From a virus (lineage: Duplodnaviria > Caudoviricetes): DNA of 64,000 bases. Made by a program: the position numbers and the translations under genes. The notes below the pieces were generated by a model, which saw only the letters and a list, made by a program, of their open reading frames with translations, did not search any database and was not told the origin of the DNA. Below, one piece after another: positions 1-10,302 of the stretch; the stretch's first letter is position 1, and the number at the start of each line of letters is the position of its first letter. The stretch covers positions 5,957 through 69,956 of the IMG/VR virus record IMGVR_UViG_3300028914_000075, one strand, 5' to 3'.

Positions 1-56
1 TGCCCCTCTTGCATCCGTATCGAGCGATTGCCCCGGATTTTATTTATATTTAGTGC

Positions 57-311
57 ATGGTACTAAAAAGAGACAGGGTTAACAGGGTCAGCGGATTGGT
101 CTATCTACCGATAGACGGTTCTGGCCTTACCCGTGGTGATACTGTACCTGCGGACAAGGTTCATGTGCAGGCGCAGGATATTGACATAATGGCGTTGGAT
201 GCCATGGCCATGAGGGACCCCAGGGACGGTAACGCTATAGGGGATGCCGTGTTCGACCCTATGGCTGTAGATGACCCCGATGCTGTAAATATTTGTGATA
301 GCATGCTATAG
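57..311 (+). CDS. hypothetical acidic protein
   Basis: 84-aa ORF just downstream of a TATATT box (45-50); Asp-rich, no recognisable motif. Confidence 0.35.
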   Translation: MVLKRDRVNRVSGLVYLPIDGSGLTRGDTVPADKVHVQAQDIDIMALDAMAMRDPRDGNAIGDAVFDPMAVDDPDAVNICDSML

Positions 312-406
312 TTATCGTGTTTGGACTGATACCGCTTATGGTTGCAGTCGTTTCCGTTACTTCCATAAATTATTTATATTTATGGGGGAAATGAAGGATT
401 TTATGT

Positions 407-1642
407 ATGGCAAATATTCCGGCTAAACAGTTATTCCGTTACGGCACGTATTCTGACTTGGTAGCTAGCCTTAGCGAAAGGGAAATCGGTATATGCTCTA
501 CTGACGGTCTTGTATATTACAGGACCCCCGACCCTGTTGGTGGCGAAAACCTGGTACCTATCGGAATCCATTATTTTGACGGAACAGGCATAAAGATAGA
601 CAGCGACCGAAGGATAAACCTTACGGAGCGTACGACCTTGCATCCCGTGCAGGGGGATGTCATACAGGGCGCATTGCAGATTTTCAAAGGTATCGACACT
701 ACGGATTTGGTTGTCAAGGTAGGTAACAGCGACGGTATCGGTGCCTTGGCGCCTATTCCTGCAAGCGGTTCTAAAGGTAAGGTTCTTGGCGTAGTAGGTG
801 AAAATGGCGAAATCGGGTGGATGGTTGCGGATGTCAGCATGGACAGCCCTAATGATACCGTGGACATTGCCTCGGAGATTGTCAACAATCAGAAAGTTTA
901 CCACATTAAGTTGCATAATGTAGTGGTGCCTGGCGGGTATGCCCGAGTGACTGTCGATGAATACGGTCGTGTCGTTGGCGGGGGTGTGCTTGAGTCCGAC
1001 GATATCCCGGACGGCCTTATAAACTTGGAGAAAATCAATCTCGAAGACGTGTTGCCTGTTATTGCGGGTGACGGTATCTCTATCGATAACGTGAACGGGT
1101 GGGCTAAGTTTTCGGTTATACCCCCTGTAAGTACAAATTTGTTCGGTACTGTAGGTTCCGGTGTTTCACAGGCTCTTACCAGCAGCGATGTTTCAAACGG
1201 GTACAAGGATTTTGTTAAAATTTTACCTGTAAGTTTCTATTCAAGCGCCGCAAATCTTGTAATATCTGTATTTCAGATAGCTCTTATGAGTGGCGGTGTG
1301 GACGCGGGGATGACAGCGGCCACTTATGAAGTATATGCTGGGAATGAATCTGAACCTACTAAAATATTGATACGCAATATAGGCAATACTGGCAGTTCCG
1401 ACTATGATGACAGGGGTCTTTTGATAAGCGATATATTGAGTGATAGTGATAAACCTGTATGGAATTGTATGTTGCAGGGGAGTAGGTACATAGTTGATAT
1501 CGATAGGATTGTGATAAGAGTTAAATGGAAAGACTCGTCATTTGGTAATACGTCAAATGCTATCTCTATGCTTAATACTTTTTCTCTCATGATGCCGTCG
1601 GATACTTCTGAATGGCCACCGCAAGTACAAGACGCTAGCTAG
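407..1642 (+). CDS. tail fibre-like virion protein
   Basis: N-terminal LSEREIGICSTDGLVYY resembles fibre head-binding motifs; KGKVLGVVGENGEIGW and VVPGGYARVTVDEYGRVVGG are typical phage fibre repeat motifs; RBS aagga upstream. Confidence 0.6.
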   Translation: MANIPAKQLFRYGTYSDLVASLSEREIGICSTDGLVYYRTPDPVGGENLVPIGIHYFDGTGIKIDSDRRINLTERTTLHPVQGDVIQGALQIFKGIDTTDLVVKVGNSDGIGALAPIPASGSKGKVLGVVGENGEIGWMVADVSMDSPNDTVDIASEIVNNQKVYHIKLHNVVVPGGYARVTVDEYGRVVGGGVLESDDIPDGLINLEKINLEDVLPVIAGDGISIDNVNGWAKFSVIPPVSTNLFGTVGSGVSQALTSSDVSNGYKDFVKILPVSFYSSAANLVISVFQIALMSGGVDAGMTAATYEVYAGNESEPTKILIRNIGNTGSSDYDDRGLLISDILSDSDKPVWNCMLQGSRYIVDIDRIVIRVKWKDSSFGNTSNAISMLNTFSLMMPSDTSEWPPQVQDAS

Positions 1643-1651
1643 GTACTCGCC

Positions 1652-1906
1652 ATGCGTAAGATTTTAGCATTTGGTTCTAACGCCGTAGGGCTGCTCGTCG
1701 ATGACGAGGATGTGGTTTTTGGCACATCCGACGGTGAAAAGCTTGGTTTTTTGGACGCTTCCGAACTTAAAATATTAGGGATGGTTTCTAGCAATGGTCG
1801 GTTTATTTATAATGAAAATGATACTTTGGTAGATAATGAAGATACACCGTTGGGTTATGTGGAATCTAGGGGTATGAAAATATTGGTATACGACGACGTT
1901 ATCTAG
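1652..1906 (+). CDS. hypothetical protein (possible fibre accessory)
   Basis: Tightly coupled to the upstream fibre gene; 84 aa, acidic. Confidence 0.5.
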   Translation: MRKILAFGSNAVGLLVDDEDVVFGTSDGEKLGFLDASELKILGMVSSNGRFIYNENDTLVDNEDTPLGYVESRGMKILVYDDVI

Positions 1907-1957
1907 ACTTGTATAGCAATTTAAATTTATTATATTCATAAAGGAATGGAGGTTTTT

Positions 1958-4900
1958 ATGGCCGATGCAATTAAAAGATTTAATCAACTGACTACCCAAG
2001 CATCTCGTGCGGATTGGGTGGCTACGACGTTTTTTGCGGTCGATTCTGCGACCACAGGCACCAAGAAGCTTGCAGCAGATATTTTGGTCAAGATATTGGA
2101 CAATTTCGCGCCGGAGTTCGATGCGAGCGTGGCCTGCGAAGTAAACCACTTGTATTGGCACGAAGGCGTCCTGTATAGTTGCACGGCGGCACATAGCGGG
2201 GCTTGGGACCCCAGCAAGTTTGAGCAGGTTCCGCTATCAAAATTTGTGGAAAATTTCAATTCCGAAACTGGCATTATTGAAAATGTTAATTATAACGTTT
2301 TTTCCGGTTGGCTTGATGCTTCGGGTGTAATTGAAACGGCAGACGAAACGCGCCAGCAGGTAGTAACGGAATTTATTGAAACAAACGAAGGGGAGATTTT
2401 TAACATTTCCCTTGAATACGCTACGCCTCACCCGGTTTTGATTGTGGTTGGTATTTATGGGGACACCCAATCCATAATTTCAAGGGTTGTGCTTGTTAAT
2501 GAAGCCTCCAGCCTTAAAAGTAAAAGCGTTTCTTATGTTGTGCCCGCTGGAGTTTCTAGGGTTAGGTTTAGTTATACAACTTATGGCGATGCAACTGTTT
2601 CCATTAAGCAAGCCACAAGTATGCAAAACTTAAAGGCCAGCATTCTTTCAAAGGTTTTGTTTACCCCGTTTGAACTCGGTGTAAAGCAGGGCGAATACGG
2701 ATACCTTACCGCCGCAACTGCATCCGTTTCAAATAGCATCAACCAATCCAGGGCGATTTTTGGCTTTATTAGGGTTGGCAAAGGTACGGAAATTTCCATT
2801 GAACAAATTGGGAGCAATGGAAACCCGGATATTAAAGGGCTGGAAATTGCAGAATACGATGAAACGACAGGTGACTATATCACTACTATTGGTAATGTAA
2901 ATACAAACTTGCTGCCAGTGGTTTCCGATAGGGACTGCGTTGTTATTATTCAAGTAAACACAACCGCAGAAAATGTTTCCGGCTACCTTGCCGACATTGA
3001 AAAGCGCATTAAAATTGCATTGGTGCCGCCTACCAAAATGCCCGCCAGCCAGTATCCTTGTGAATTTGAGCAGGGGACTTTAAGTAACGGGGCGCCAAGT
3101 TCCAGCACTACAAGGATTAGGTCTACCGATTTCGTGCTTATGGGCAAAGGCTCCGTCATCCAAAACTACAACCTTTCCCAGGAGTATAAAATCATCCTTT
3201 ATAGCGTTGACACTAGGGAATACTTGCAAAGCGTTCCGGCTAGTGGGTTTAGGCGGTTGCCGTCTTATCAACTTGATAACGATTACTATGTGAAGGTTAT
3301 CGGGCTAAATGCCGCTGGCGGTGATATTTTGCCCGCTGCGGCCTCGTTCAACCTTGTCAAGCACGATGTTTCCGGGACGGTAATTAAGCCGTATAAAACC
3401 CCGTTTGAACTCGGTGTAAAGCAGGGCGAATACGGATACCTTACCGCCGCAACTGGTGGCTTAAACCACTCGCTTAACAAATCTCGCGCATTATTCGGTT
3501 GGTTGCATCTTGGTAAAGGTTCAAAGGTTACAATAGACTTATCTACATTTGGCACTGATTATTCTATTACTGCACTGTCAGTTTATCTGTATAACGAACG
3601 AACGGGTGCCTATATTGAAGCTATAGGTAATTTGAACACCAACAAGGAACCGCTGACAATTCCATACGATTGCATTGCAGCAGTGTATGTGAATACTTCC
3701 GCAACTGATATTTCTTCAAACCTTGCCGATGTTGAAAAACGCATAAAAATTAAGGCACTTGATACTGCATTGCAGTTTACATCATTCCCATGCAACTATG
3801 AACGTGGTACACTTGCAGCAAACTCGGGTGAACCTTATGAAAATGAAAAAAGGATGCGCTCCGACAGGTTTGTTTTGCTCGGAAAAGGCTCTGTTATTTT
3901 TTATAGTTCTCTCACGAACCCCTTTGGGGCTATGTTGTATAGTACCAAAGATAAAGGGTATATGAAGGAAATTTCAGTATTACAATATCTGCCTTGCATT
4001 CAACTGACGGATGATGCTTATGTTAAAGTCCAGGCGGCGCCTAAAGGTACTGACCCTTTAACTGAAAGTGATATGACTATTTCCGTTTTTGCAGTAGCAC
4101 CTTCTATTGGACACTTACCTGACTACTATTACGAAGATGATTATATCCAGGATATTGTGGATGAAATTAGTTCGCACGATTCGGATTGTAGCGGTGCAAA
4201 TGGTGACTTGTTCGCCTTCATCACCGATGTGCATTGGGCAACAAACTGGAAGAAAAGCCCTCAACTCCTTGAATGGTTGGCTGGCAATACTTCACTTCGT
4301 AATGTCTTCTTCGGAGGCGATGCGATTACAAAGTATGACACAAAGGCAGAAGCCAAGGCAGAATACGATAAATTCCGCGATACGTTGTCCAACTTCAAGT
4401 CATTCGCTTGGCGACCCGTTATTGGTAATCACGAATTTAACAACCCAGGGGCAACCCAGGCGCAGTTGCCGGAAACACTTTCGGCATCGGAAGCCTTTGT
4501 GATGGTGTACGGGGAAAACGAAAACATTATAAATGTAATTGACGATTATGCTTACTATGTTGACAACAAAACGGCTAAAATTCGTTACATTTTTGTTGGC
4601 GCATCTTACACTTCCGCCATTCCCGTGGCGGTGCAAAACGATGTTATTTCTGCACTGGATGCTTTGCCTGTAGGATACCAAGTTTTAGTCATTTCTCATG
4701 TTGGACTGGTAGCGGAGAGTTTAACTATTGACTCAACATTCCAGTCTATTGTAGACAAACTTGATTTAATGCAAACAAACGAAAATGTTATTGGTGTTCT
4801 ATCAGGTCATCGTCACGTTGATGGTTCTATCACTACTAGTGCAGGAACAAATATCATTGCAACAACTTGTGATGGATATGTTGAGCATAGTAGTAGTCAG

Positions 4901-5023
4901 TTAACTCGAACTTATGGCACAATTACCGAGCAGGCCTTTGACATTGTTCAAATCGATAAAGTAAACCGAAAACTTTATTTGACCCGCGTTGGGGCAGGAA
5001 CTAACCGGGAATTTAATTATTAA
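1958..5023 (+). CDS. virion appendage protein with C-terminal calcineurin-like metallophosphoesterase
   Basis: Start at ATG 1958 after GGAGG. N-terminus (KRFNQL...VDSATTGTKK) is typical of tail appendages. C-terminus has all phosphoesterase motifs: DVH, GGD, GNHE, SH, GHRH. The middle region is internally duplicated. Confidence 0.75.
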   Translation: MADAIKRFNQLTTQASRADWVATTFFAVDSATTGTKKLAADILVKILDNFAPEFDASVACEVNHLYWHEGVLYSCTAAHSGAWDPSKFEQVPLSKFVENFNSETGIIENVNYNVFSGWLDASGVIETADETRQQVVTEFIETNEGEIFNISLEYATPHPVLIVVGIYGDTQSIISRVVLVNEASSLKSKSVSYVVPAGVSRVRFSYTTYGDATVSIKQATSMQNLKASILSKVLFTPFELGVKQGEYGYLTAATASVSNSINQSRAIFGFIRVGKGTEISIEQIGSNGNPDIKGLEIAEYDETTGDYITTIGNVNTNLLPVVSDRDCVVIIQVNTTAENVSGYLADIEKRIKIALVPPTKMPASQYPCEFEQGTLSNGAPSSSTTRIRSTDFVLMGKGSVIQNYNLSQEYKIILYSVDTREYLQSVPASGFRRLPSYQLDNDYYVKVIGLNAAGGDILPAAASFNLVKHDVSGTVIKPYKTPFELGVKQGEYGYLTAATGGLNHSLNKSRALFGWLHLGKGSKVTIDLSTFGTDYSITALSVYLYNERTGAYIEAIGNLNTNKEPLTIPYDCIAAVYVNTSATDISSNLADVEKRIKIKALDTALQFTSFPCNYERGTLAANSGEPYENEKRMRSDRFVLLGKGSVIFYSSLTNPFGAMLYSTKDKGYMKEISVLQYLPCIQLTDDAYVKVQAAPKGTDPLTESDMTISVFAVAPSIGHLPDYYYEDDYIQDIVDEISSHDSDCSGANGDLFAFITDVHWATNWKKSPQLLEWLAGNTSLRNVFFGGDAITKYDTKAEAKAEYDKFRDTLSNFKSFAWRPVIGNHEFNNPGATQAQLPETLSASEAFVMVYGENENIINVIDDYAYYVDNKTAKIRYIFVGASYTSAIPVAVQNDVISALDALPVGYQVLVISHVGLVAESLTIDSTFQSIVDKLDLMQTNENVIGVLSGHRHVDGSITTSAGTNIIATTCDGYVEHSSSQLTRTYGTITEQAFDIVQIDKVNRKLYLTRVGAGTNREFNY
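2663..3455 (+). repeat. 58-bp exact direct repeat (2663-2720 and 3398-3455)
   Basis: ACCCCGTTTGAACTCGGTGTAAAGCAGGGCGAATACGGATACCTTACCGCCGCAACTG occurs twice, encoding PFELGVKQGEYGYLTAAT at the start of two ~245-aa tandem modules. Confidence 0.95.
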
Positions 5024-5036
5024 GGAGGTGCTCCGC

Positions 5037-5123
5037 ATGCCCACCCCTTCCGAACACAAAGAATGGCGTAAGTTCCTCCAGCCAGTCATCACGGGCCTCT
5101 GCTCCCTTATGGCTGCCACCTAG
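5037..5123 (+). CDS. 28-aa small peptide with hydrophobic C-terminal half
   Basis: Strong RBS TAAGGAGGTG; MPTPSEHKEWRKFLQPVITGLCSLMAAT; below the ORF-track cut-off. Confidence 0.45.
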   Translation: MPTPSEHKEWRKFLQPVITGLCSLMAAT

Positions 5124-5155
5124 ATTTTTAACATTAAACACCAATGAGACACGAT

Positions 5156-5392
5156 ATGCCTTTGAAGATAAAAGTAAATTCCAAGAACGAAGACGCTTCT
5201 GCCGCTTCCGCGTTTAGCCGTCGCCGTAAGGATGCCCTTGGCCGCTGCGACATGCTGAAACGTGTCATCGAAGATTTCCTTCCGTCGGAAAGTGACATCA
5301 ACCACGATACTATCAGCAGCATGGATTACATCCTCGAATCGTTGGACAACGTTATCAAGGATGTGAAGAAAGCTACTGGCAGGCGAATGTAA
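5156..5392 (+). CDS. small protein with LKIK-type leader (putative capsid-targeted)
   Basis: From ATG 5156 it reads MPLKIKVNSKNEDAS, matching the leader family of the head-region array; followed by a terminator. Confidence 0.6.
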   Translation: MPLKIKVNSKNEDASAASAFSRRRKDALGRCDMLKRVIEDFLPSESDINHDTISSMDYILESLDNVIKDVKKATGRRM

Positions 5393-5413
5393 TTCGTGCG
5401 TATATTCTCATAT

Positions 5414-5441
5414 AAGGGGGCTATTTGCATGGTCCCTTTTT
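5414..5441 (+). terminator. rho-independent terminator
   Basis: AAGGGGGCTA-tttgca-TGGTCCCTT stem followed by a T run. Confidence 0.6.
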
Positions 5442-5514
5442 GCTGTATCAACGCTATCGACAATTACCCTGTAATTTGTTATATTTACATTGTACTGCCA
5501 CAGGAGATTGACTC

Positions 5515-7083
5515 TTGAATATATTTGGACCATTATCACAGCGGTTTTTGAACTATTTTGCAGATTATACGATGCTGCGTCAAATCGGGCGTCGCATGAC
5601 TTCTGTAGAAGAACTAATAGCGTCTAACGAACATGACAGGCAGGTAATACAGCAGATTTCTTCCAACGGGGCTTCCGAGCTTAACCTGCTCACGCAGATT
5701 TACGAGCAGTTCATACGGTACAGGGAGGATGTCAACAAGTACGAACCTCTGAAGGCCAACTATCTAGTGATAGCTATGATTGAGACGCTTTCCTATGACG
5801 TTCTCGCAATAGACCCCCGTACGAACAAGACGTTCGATATTATCATTGACGACCGATATCCGAAGTCCAATGCTGCCAACAAGATTGTGGACACGTTCCG
5901 TCGTTCTACGCAGCTTGACAAGTATATCTCGAAGATTCTGTTCGATTCCATTTTCTATGGTCAATATTTTGTCGAATATATCCGTGACAAGGATAACCAT
6001 ATCGTAGGTCTGAAGGACACTTACCAGCCCGGTTCGATTTTTACAATTACTTTGGAAGGTCTGAACGCAACACCGATGTACTACAAGCTGTCCGTTGACC
6101 AGACCAACCACATTGATATCCTGGACAACAAGGAAATAGTGTGCCTTGACATGCAGTCGGACCGCTACCGCTACTCGTTGTCGTCCATGAACGTGTCGTT
6201 GCAATCCCGTGATGCGACTATTGCACAGAATGGAAGTCTTGGAAGGCCGTTCTGCTTCGAGATATACGACAAGCTGACGGCTCTTGAAATGCTAGAGCAG
6301 TTGGACCTCGCGTCCATAAACGCATCCCTTCAGCGAAATTCCTTAGTTTCCGTGACGGCTCCCGATGGACTGGACCTTGAGCAGTTGAAGGAATTTACTG
6401 CATGGTACGAGAAGGCCATCAATAATACGGGTGGCGATACAATCAACACGTACAATCTTGACACTATCCGCATGTATGCCGCCGAGGCTACCAAGCTTCG
6501 TGTAGTTCCGCAGCAGAGTCAGCGCGGTGCCATAGCGGCATCCTTGAGTGCTGCCGAGAACGCCAGTGTAGAGGGTCTTCCCGACAGAATCAGCAATCTC
6601 CGTAATCTAATTCTCGATATCAAGTCTATCCCTGCTGAATTTATATTCACTGGCCGTGACGAGCAGAAAGTAGGCGGTGCACTTAGACGCTATGCCCGTT
6701 ATGCCCGCAAGGTAAAGGCCGGACAGTCCGCCTTGCAACAGTTTATAGAACGTATTGTTACCGATGTGCTCGCTTCGTACGGTCATGACGTTACGGGCAA
6801 TATCAACATACAGCAGTATTGCGCCATCAACACGTCCGAACTTGACAGGCTCGAATATGCGGATGCTTCCGCTACGGTAATCAGCAACATATTCAACGTT
6901 CTTGACACTATCGTGAAGAATGAAATGATAGCTCCTTACGTGAACATCAAGGCGTACGTGGCGTACATCGAATCGCTGCTTGACGGTATCGCGGGTGCTT
7001 CGCAGATTATCAACGTGGACGTGAACAATTCGGACGCCAAGTCACGCAGTGGGAAGGACGCCCCGCTAAAACAGAACGGATAG
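5515..7083 (+). CDS. probable portal protein (T4 gp20-like)
   Basis: 522 aa, portal-sized and helical. GQYFVEYIRDKDNHIVGL and LEMLEQLDL...RNSLVSV...LDLEQLKEF segments fit large-myovirus portals. TTG start with GGAG RBS. Confidence 0.6.
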   Translation: MNIFGPLSQRFLNYFADYTMLRQIGRRMTSVEELIASNEHDRQVIQQISSNGASELNLLTQIYEQFIRYREDVNKYEPLKANYLVIAMIETLSYDVLAIDPRTNKTFDIIIDDRYPKSNAANKIVDTFRRSTQLDKYISKILFDSIFYGQYFVEYIRDKDNHIVGLKDTYQPGSIFTITLEGLNATPMYYKLSVDQTNHIDILDNKEIVCLDMQSDRYRYSLSSMNVSLQSRDATIAQNGSLGRPFCFEIYDKLTALEMLEQLDLASINASLQRNSLVSVTAPDGLDLEQLKEFTAWYEKAINNTGGDTINTYNLDTIRMYAAEATKLRVVPQQSQRGAIAASLSAAENASVEGLPDRISNLRNLILDIKSIPAEFIFTGRDEQKVGGALRRYARYARKVKAGQSALQQFIERIVTDVLASYGHDVTGNINIQQYCAINTSELDRLEYADASATVISNIFNVLDTIVKNEMIAPYVNIKAYVAYIESLLDGIAGASQIINVDVNNSDAKSRSGKDAPLKQNG

Positions 7084-7089
7084 TGTATC

Positions 7090-7659
7090 ATGCCCAGGAA
7101 TGACTACGTATACGTGTGCGGCAAGCGCATGAGTGCCAAGAAGTATGCGGAAGCCCGTGAGTTCAACCGTGGCTGTTCAAGTTATATCAAGGCACGCAGG
7201 GAGGCACGGGAACGTGCCCGACAGATACGTGAGAAGAACGGACCTCAGTCTATGGAGTGGGTACAGTCTGCGTTGTTCCTGTATGCCTGCAAGAAGCACG
7301 GGCTTGACAAGGACTTGAAGCGTGCCATATGGGCATATACTACGGCACTTGTCGTGAAGCTTGAGGATTTCGTTACCAATGCGGAAAAGATAGCCGAGCG
7401 GGAAGGAATCGCCGATTCGTTCCACTGGGCTGCCTTGCAACTGCGGTATGCTACTCGTGTCCATATGAAGCTGCTCGACATGTTCAAGGACGAGAACATA
7501 GAAATACCGCAGGTAACTAAGGAAGGCCGTTGCATCAGCGGCATAACCCACAATCCACATGACAAGGACAGCTTCGAATCCATGAGCTACATGCTTTCGG
7601 AGTTTAGGCAGAAAAATCCCGAAGCTGAATCCGTGTTGCCACAGAAAGATTTGAAGTAA
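7090..7659 (+). CDS. hypothetical protein
   Basis: 189-aa ORF 7 nt after the portal stop; no motif recognised. Confidence 0.6.
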   Translation: MPRNDYVYVCGKRMSAKKYAEAREFNRGCSSYIKARREARERARQIREKNGPQSMEWVQSALFLYACKKHGLDKDLKRAIWAYTTALVVKLEDFVTNAEKIAEREGIADSFHWAALQLRYATRVHMKLLDMFKDENIEIPQVTKEGRCISGITHNPHDKDSFESMSYMLSEFRQKNPEAESVLPQKDLK

Positions 7660-7670
7660 CTGATAATCTC

Positions 7671-7699
7671 TTGCATTCTCACGGATATTTTATTATATT
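7671..7699 (+). promoter_or_regulatory. sigma70-like promoter
   Basis: TTGCAT-17 nt-TATATT. Confidence 0.65.
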
Positions 7700-7761
7700 T
7701 ACACACAGACAGCCACGAGCAATCGTGCCCATGTTACAAGGTGGGCGAAGGAAACGTGAGC

Positions 7762-8124
7762 ATGTCTAGAAATGTGCCAAAGAAACGATGGGTCGCGCCA
7801 GAAATTGCAGAAGTACGGCAGGGTCGTGTTCCCGAAGGCCGTACCTACTTGCAGGCGGCGTCATACGCTCACAAGCATGGAATCCCTTGGAAAGAACTTA
7901 GGCGGAACACTTGTCAGTGGTTCTGGACCGCTGCGGAAGATGCAGCCCTGCTGGCAGGAAACATAGTTCCCAATCGTTCTTGGGAATCCATACGTCAGCA
8001 CAAGGAAGTGCTCGGGATACCCCGTGCTGCCAAGCCGAGATTTACGGACTTCCAGGAGTTCAACGAGAAGAACAGGAACAGCTTCAAGGTTATACGCAGG
8101 AGTTCCGATGGCGGACAGTTATAA
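7762..8124 (+). CDS. basic protein with Myb/SANT-like motif (putative DNA binding)
   Basis: WTAAEDAALL...NRSWESIRQHKEVLGI pattern; ATG 7762 with GAAGGA RBS. Confidence 0.5.
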   Translation: MSRNVPKKRWVAPEIAEVRQGRVPEGRTYLQAASYAHKHGIPWKELRRNTCQWFWTAAEDAALLAGNIVPNRSWESIRQHKEVLGIPRAAKPRFTDFQEFNEKNRNSFKVIRRSSDGGQL

Positions 8125-8473
8125 AAATCCGTTTGATATCCTCCGGGATTCAATGGACGAGGATGCCTCCTTCGATGAAAACGTGAAGCACCTGTACGGA
8201 CTTCTTACCGAAGGCAAGATGGGCCTGCATGCCGTGGCGGAATTGTTGGCAAATGCTGCGGCTATGCCCATTCTTGCAGATGAAAACCGAAAGTTGTGTA
8301 ACGCCGTTAACGACCTTATGAGGAAGCTCGATGTTGCCGACGAGACCATTAGGGATTTGTCCGGGCAGTTAAAGGAGATTGCGATAGAGTCACAGGACGG
8401 TATGACTTCGGAAGATGAAAAATTGCTTTCCAATAAGTTTCTGAAATTTCCAGGTAATCCTGTCATAAATTGA
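8108..8473 (+). CDS. hypothetical coiled-coil protein
   Basis: ATG 8108 (MADSYKNPF); heptad-like C-terminal half. Confidence 0.55.
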   Translation: MADSYKNPFDILRDSMDEDASFDENVKHLYGLLTEGKMGLHAVAELLANAAAMPILADENRKLCNAVNDLMRKLDVADETIRDLSGQLKEIAIESQDGMTSEDEKLLSNKFLKFPGNPVIN

Positions 8474-8511
8474 TGCTGTCTGCCTATATATCCAAAAAAG
8501 AGGTAATTATA

Positions 8512-9135
8512 GTGTCTCGTAAATTTGTATTCGATATCGAAACCACTCCCCGCCCAGGAATCATGGACACATGGTACCCGCAGTGGGCTTCTGAAAAATA
8601 TCCAGGAAAGGAAGGGCAGGACCTTGAGGACATGGCTGCATTGCATGCAGAGTTTGGCATGGTATGTGCCATAGCCATAGGTAATGCCCTTACCGATGAC
8701 CCTCCTACCGTATATACGGCAGGCAGCGTTGAAGAAGAAAAGGAACTTATCAAGTCGGTGATGGATATCTTTGACAGCGACAGCGCAATACTCGTAGGTC
8801 ATAACATAAAAGGGTTCGATATCCCGTTCATGGCGAAGCGTTTCATGGCTCAATGGGGTTTCGTACCCCGTGCACTTAATTTTGGTGGGAAGAAGCCATG
8901 GGAAATTCCGCATATCGACACTATGGAACTTATGCGTTTCGGTGGTGGTGCATCCATGTCGCTCCGTTCCGCTTGCTTGATGCTGGACATTGACGACCCA
9001 AAGGGTTCCGTGTGCGGTTCCGAAGTTCCGCAGTTGTTCCGTGAAGGGAAGACGGACATTATAGGCCAGTATTGCTCGGGAGATTTTGTCGCAGAGCGTA
9101 TATTGTACAGAAAGTTGAGAGAGGCTTTGGCGTAG
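8512..9135 (+). CDS. 3'-5' exonuclease (DnaQ/PolB-exo-like, stand-alone)
   Basis: ExoI FDIET, ExoII HNIKGFDIPF, HIDTM, ExoIII YCSGD; GTG start 8512 after GAGG. Confidence 0.85.
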   Translation: MSRKFVFDIETTPRPGIMDTWYPQWASEKYPGKEGQDLEDMAALHAEFGMVCAIAIGNALTDDPPTVYTAGSVEEEKELIKSVMDIFDSDSAILVGHNIKGFDIPFMAKRFMAQWGFVPRALNFGGKKPWEIPHIDTMELMRFGGGASMSLRSACLMLDIDDPKGSVCGSEVPQLFREGKTDIIGQYCSGDFVAERILYRKLREALA

Positions 9136-9137
9136 TC

Positions 9138-9650
9138 ATGGCACATTGTATATATGTTGGAATCGACAATGGTACTAGCGGTTCTATCGCTTGGATGGGT
9201 GACGGGATTGAAACGGGTTTCGTAGAGACTCCTAAATTCGAGGAGCAGTCCTATACGAAGACCGTAAAGAATATCACCCGTATCAATCGTTCCGCCTTGC
9301 GTGAATTGTTGTTGAAGATTTTGGGAGATAATAAGCCGTTCGATGCTTTTGTCATGCTTGAACGTCCTCGCGTGAATCCAAAGCAATTTGCAACTACTAT
9401 GTCTGCTATGCGGGCGTTAGAAGCGACTCTCTGCGTTCTTGAAGACATGGGTATTCCCCACGCTTATTGTGATTCGAAGCAGTGGCAAAAGAAATTGTTG
9501 CCCCGGGGTATAAAGGGTTCTGTCGAACTCAAGAAAGCGTCAAAGGATATAGGTTGCAGGCTTTATCCGCAGTTTGCCGATGCTATCCGTAAGCACAAGG
9601 ATGCAGATGGCCTGCTTATAGCTACATGGTGTAGCCGGGAAAGATTCTAA
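9138..9650 (+). CDS. RuvC-like Holliday junction resolvase
   Basis: YVGIDNGTSG, MLERP, QWQK and DADGLLIA motifs of phage RuvC/RNase H-fold resolvases. Confidence 0.8.
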   Translation: MAHCIYVGIDNGTSGSIAWMGDGIETGFVETPKFEEQSYTKTVKNITRINRSALRELLLKILGDNKPFDAFVMLERPRVNPKQFATTMSAMRALEATLCVLEDMGIPHAYCDSKQWQKKLLPRGIKGSVELKKASKDIGCRLYPQFADAIRKHKDADGLLIATWCSRERF

Positions 9651-9705
9651 CTTAATTATGATTATCAAATGGTTTTACACATAAATGTCATAAAGTTGGT
9701 AATAT

Positions 9706-10302
9706 ATGGAAGAAGAAACGGTATTAGGAAATTCGGCTGAACTAAAATCCGAGAAACTAGATAATCATCCGTTACTTGAATTGCATTCGGATGATTCAGA
9801 AGTAAAGCGTGTAGTGAAACGTTTAATTAATTGGTATTGGGGATATGATGAAGCTGAAGGGTCGCAAGAGATTACAGATGTTCTATACGAACTCGGTCTT
9901 GAGGTTGAACCAACGGATGTTCATTCTAGAAAGATTCAAGAACACTTCATTGTTATGAATGAACTGAAGAATAGTATTAAGTTCTATCAAGAACAGTCAA
10001 TGAAGTATCTTGAACGTATTGAAGGGTTAGAATATATCGTTTATTTGCAAGACCCAAAAAATAAACTGAAGATACGAGATGTTAGCAGCATAGTTAATAA
10101 ATATCCTTATGCAGATGCAGAACTGAGAAAAGAAGTGGAACGGTCAAATGCCCGAGAATCCGCAACTTTAGATGCATTATGTGATGCTCAAATGAAATAT
10201 GATGATTTGTTGGATAAATATTGGAAGCTCAAACTTAAATATGAGCCAGAAACTAAATCAGATGATTGTCAAGTACAACAACGGTTATGTAAGTCAACAT
10301 AA
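9706..10302 (+). CDS. hypothetical protein (AT-rich)
   Basis: 198-aa ORF, visibly more AT-rich than its neighbours. Confidence 0.55.
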   Translation: MEEETVLGNSAELKSEKLDNHPLLELHSDDSEVKRVVKRLINWYWGYDEAEGSQEITDVLYELGLEVEPTDVHSRKIQEHFIVMNELKNSIKFYQEQSMKYLERIEGLEYIVYLQDPKNKLKIRDVSSIVNKYPYADAELRKEVERSNARESATLDALCDAQMKYDDLLDKYWKLKLKYEPETKSDDCQVQQRLCKST

